Assembly (NCBI GenBank): GCA_965237955.1
Contig: OZ250169.1
Coordinates: forward strand, 4,864,001-4,928,000
Source: Candidatus Marinacidobacterales bacterium
Lineage (GTDB): Bacteria; Acidobacteriota; Vicinamibacteria; Marinacidobacterales; SMYC01
Reading direction: 5' to 3'
DNA: 64,000 nt
Below, one piece after another: positions 61,904 through 64,000 of this stretch (the stretch's first letter is position 1; every line of letters begins with the position of its first letter). Under the pieces are notes generated by a model. The model made no database searches and had not been told where the DNA came from. It saw only the letters and a list, made by a program, of their open reading frames with translations. Position numbers and translations under genes: made by a program.

Positions 61904-63116
61904 GGTGCTTGCGCCATTCGCTGTTGATCAGGCAGCCGTTCTTTGATCGGGCGAGCAGGAGAACGTCGGCAGCTGGGCTGCGTCAGATTGTGTGACGTGG
62001 TCAGGAAGGGAGACGCACACGGCCGCGACAAAAACACGTAGAGAACCTCGTGCGGTGAAGATGTCGCTAAAGGTCAATGGCTTGCTCACCAAGCCGGCCT
62101 GTATCGCCGGCGTCCGGGTCTCGCGCCCGACTTCAAAGCTCTGTGCGGCCGGACGAAGTTGTAATGACAACGCAGGAGCTCAACGTGCTCGCGGAGCTGG
62201 TCTTCGCATCGGGCGTGGCATGGCGAGCGCCGGCGCAAGTACGCCGACCCTTGACGAATGGTCAGATTCAGGCGCTCGACGAACGATGTGTTCAGGGTCT
62301 CGGAATCCTCTGACTCCAACAGCGCGTCCTTCAAACGCCTCGCCGTGCCGATCTTCACGCGCCGCTCGACTAGGACGACGCGATTGTTCCGCCGAGTCTT
62401 GATCACTTGACCATAGACGCACGCGTGACCGATGAGGCGCACGATCACCCCGAAGTAGTACTCGAAGCCATCCGTGGCGATCAGTGGGAATCCGACGAAG
62501 CGTCCGCGGAGGATGACGTCGTTGAGTACGGCCTTGGTGTTTCGATAGGAGCGGCGGCCGACGAGGCTACTCGCCCACAAGCGGGAACACACCTCGATGG
62601 TCGCAAACAGCCACATGGGTCTGCTCTTGCTGCCGATGAACGTGTAGAGTTCATCGGCCTGAAGCTCAACGATCTCGAAGTCCCGCAGCATTTGCCGGTT
62701 GAAGCGCTCTGCCGCTCTCGAGGCCCGCTCGAGCCAGCGGGCGATCGTGTTGCGGGAATGACCCGTCACCCGGGCCGTCGCAGAAATGCTCACGCCCTCG
62801 ATTCGCAGGGTCGCTACTTGGTCGAACTCCCTCCGAGTGCAGCGGAGACCGCTGTACGCTGTGCCCGTATTCATGCTGGCCGTTCCCCCGCATGTTTTGC
62901 AGCGGTACCGCCGTCGTCGGCCCGACTTGGTCGTAAACCAGCCGTGCCCAACGATGTTGACGCCCCGCTTTCCAAAGTTGTCGCACCCGGGCTTGAAGCA
63001 TGCTTTGTGGTCGATCGGCCTCATCGCACAAGTGTACCGGGCTGAAAACCCAGCTGTTTCACCCACGATCTCACCTGCTTGAGGGCGACAGATCAACAGC
63101 GACCGGCGCAAGCACC
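61904..63116 (-). mobile_element. IS1 family element
   Basis: 26-bp IRs GGTGCTTGCGCC(AT/GG)TCGCTGTTGATC; flanks do not match, so no TSD. Confidence 0.82.
62086..63024 (-). CDS. IS1 family transposase, frameshifted near the C-terminus (~62125)
   Basis: Zn ribbon C...C..RYRCKTC, HTH, QADE, TDG, NTSFVERLN and YNFVRPH; RTPAIQAGL tail in another frame. Confidence 0.85.
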   Translation of the reverse strand: MRPIDHKACFKPGCDNFGKRGVNIVGHGWFTTKSGRRRRYRCKTCGGTASMNTGTAYSGLRCTRREFDQVATLRIEGVSISATARVTGHSRNTIARWLERASRAAERFNRQMLRDFEIVELQADELYTFIGSKSRPMWLFATIEVCSRLWASSLVGRRSYRNTKAVLNDVILRGRFVGFPLIATDGFEYYFGVIVRLIGHACVYGQVIKTRRNNRVVLVERRVKIGTARRLKDALLESEDSETLNTSFVERLNLTIRQGSAYLRRRSPCHARCEDQLREHVELLRCHYNFVRPHRALKSGARPGRRRYRPAW

Positions 63117-63323
63117 AAGCGATTTCCCAAGAACTGGGAGCCGACGTTTCAGAGCTACGAGATTCCGCTTGCGCGGTTCGAGGGACTCGACGTGGAGGCG
63201 CTCGCCGCCATCCGGTTTCGCACCGAGGGTAGCGGTGTCGTGATCCTGGACGACATCGGGTTTCGGCGAAGATCAGACGCGCTTTCGAGCGAGGCAGTCG
63301 AGCTGATGGGCGATATACAGTAG
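63117..63323 (+). pseudogene. C-terminal gene fragment left after IS1-associated deletion
   Basis: EPTFQSYEIPLARF...AIRF...GVVILDDIGF begins exactly at the IS1 end. Confidence 0.5.
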
Positions 63324-64000
63324 GCGGCGCTCTTCGATCTGTTGACGTCGGGTCGAAGCCCAACCCTCGGCGGCATCACCGACGGTGCGCTCGACCATAG
63401 CGACGACGCATTCGAGAAAGAAAGCTTCGTCGTTCGCGTAGCCGTCGCCCTCGGGACGCACGATCCAGTCGGAGCTTCCCATTTCCAGAACGTCGACCGG
63501 CTCGCTCGAAAGCGCGTGGAACAATCGTCGTCCGGTTTTGCTGTTTCCGATACCATCCATGGACGCGTGGTAGCGCGACAATATCGTTTGGTCGTCTTCA
63601 TGGGCCGGTTCGAAAACGGTCTCGCCGTCGAAGGTGATGGGGAAGTAGAGCAGCCCGCCCGGACGGGCCAGTGCGACGAGGCTTTTCAACGCGGGGGCGA
63701 GATCGACGATGTCGAGAAACGCGTGGGCTATCACGAAGTCGAACCGTGCGAGGTTCCAGTTGTCGGATGCGAAATCCGCCAGCGTTGACGCGACGAGCTC
63801 CGCCTGGACACGCCCGTCGAGCCGAGCGCGGGCGATCTCGACGAGAGCGGCGTCCTGCTCGACCGCAGTGTACGCGGGCTCCTTGACGACGTTCCAATCG
63901 AGCAGGCGCTCGAGGCCGGTTCCGATTCCGGCGCCGACGTCCACGATCGTCGGCGCATCGACTCCCTCGAGCTCCCGCCGAAGCCGCTCGAGGACGCGGC
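63273..64000 (-). CDS. Class I SAM-dependent methyltransferase (5' end outside the window)
   Basis: IVDVGAGIG, AHAFLDIV, YFPITFDGET, SDWIV and YIAHQLD motifs. Confidence 0.85.
   Translation of the reverse strand, partial: RVLERLRRELEGVDAPTIVDVGAGIGTGLERLLDWNVVKEPAYTAVEQDAALVEIARARLDGRVQAELVASTLADFASDNWNLARFDFVIAHAFLDIVDLAPALKSLVALARPGGLLYFPITFDGETVFEPAHEDDQTILSRYHASMDGIGNSKTGRRLFHALSSEPVDVLEMGSSDWIVRPEGDGYANDEAFFLECVVAMVERTVGDAAEGWASTRRQQIEERRLLYIAHQLDCLARKRV

Noticed and set aside
1-64000. High pseudogene density as evidence of genome reduction
   Set aside because: Many lesions are 1-2 nt indels in short repeats, as expected from long-read error; this cannot be separated from real decay without reads

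Overview
GC-rich bacterial DNA. The Ser/Thr-kinase/PD40 remnants, DUF4388 fusions, PEP-CTERM protein and large secreted peptidases suggest Acidobacteriota (Vicinamibacteria-like); this is an inference. Positions 1-40 kb are mostly metabolic and envelope genes: a PEP-CTERM protein behind a sigma54 promoter, a giant M14 peptidase split by one TGA, a methyltransferase/sulfatase/CDP-alcohol transferase/GT4 cluster, an orphan CoxL-like subunit, a DUF4388 kinase, AbgT, a kinase-M23-aminotransferase fusion, ALDH, polB and a duplicated M18 aminopeptidase. Positions 41-64 kb are a dense mobile-element zone. The highlight is two tandem IS110/IS1111-type elements. Each has a ~165-nt structured upstream RNA (bridge/seek-RNA-like), and one internal loop of that RNA carries copies of both element junction sequences. 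The first element hosts a nested IS3, whose A9 slippery site was hit by two different ISL3s. Also present are a two-copy CTAG MITE, a lytic transglycosylase hit by three elements, and a solitary canonical attC site. Many single frameshifts may be long-read errors. No tRNA, rRNA or CRISPR array was seen.
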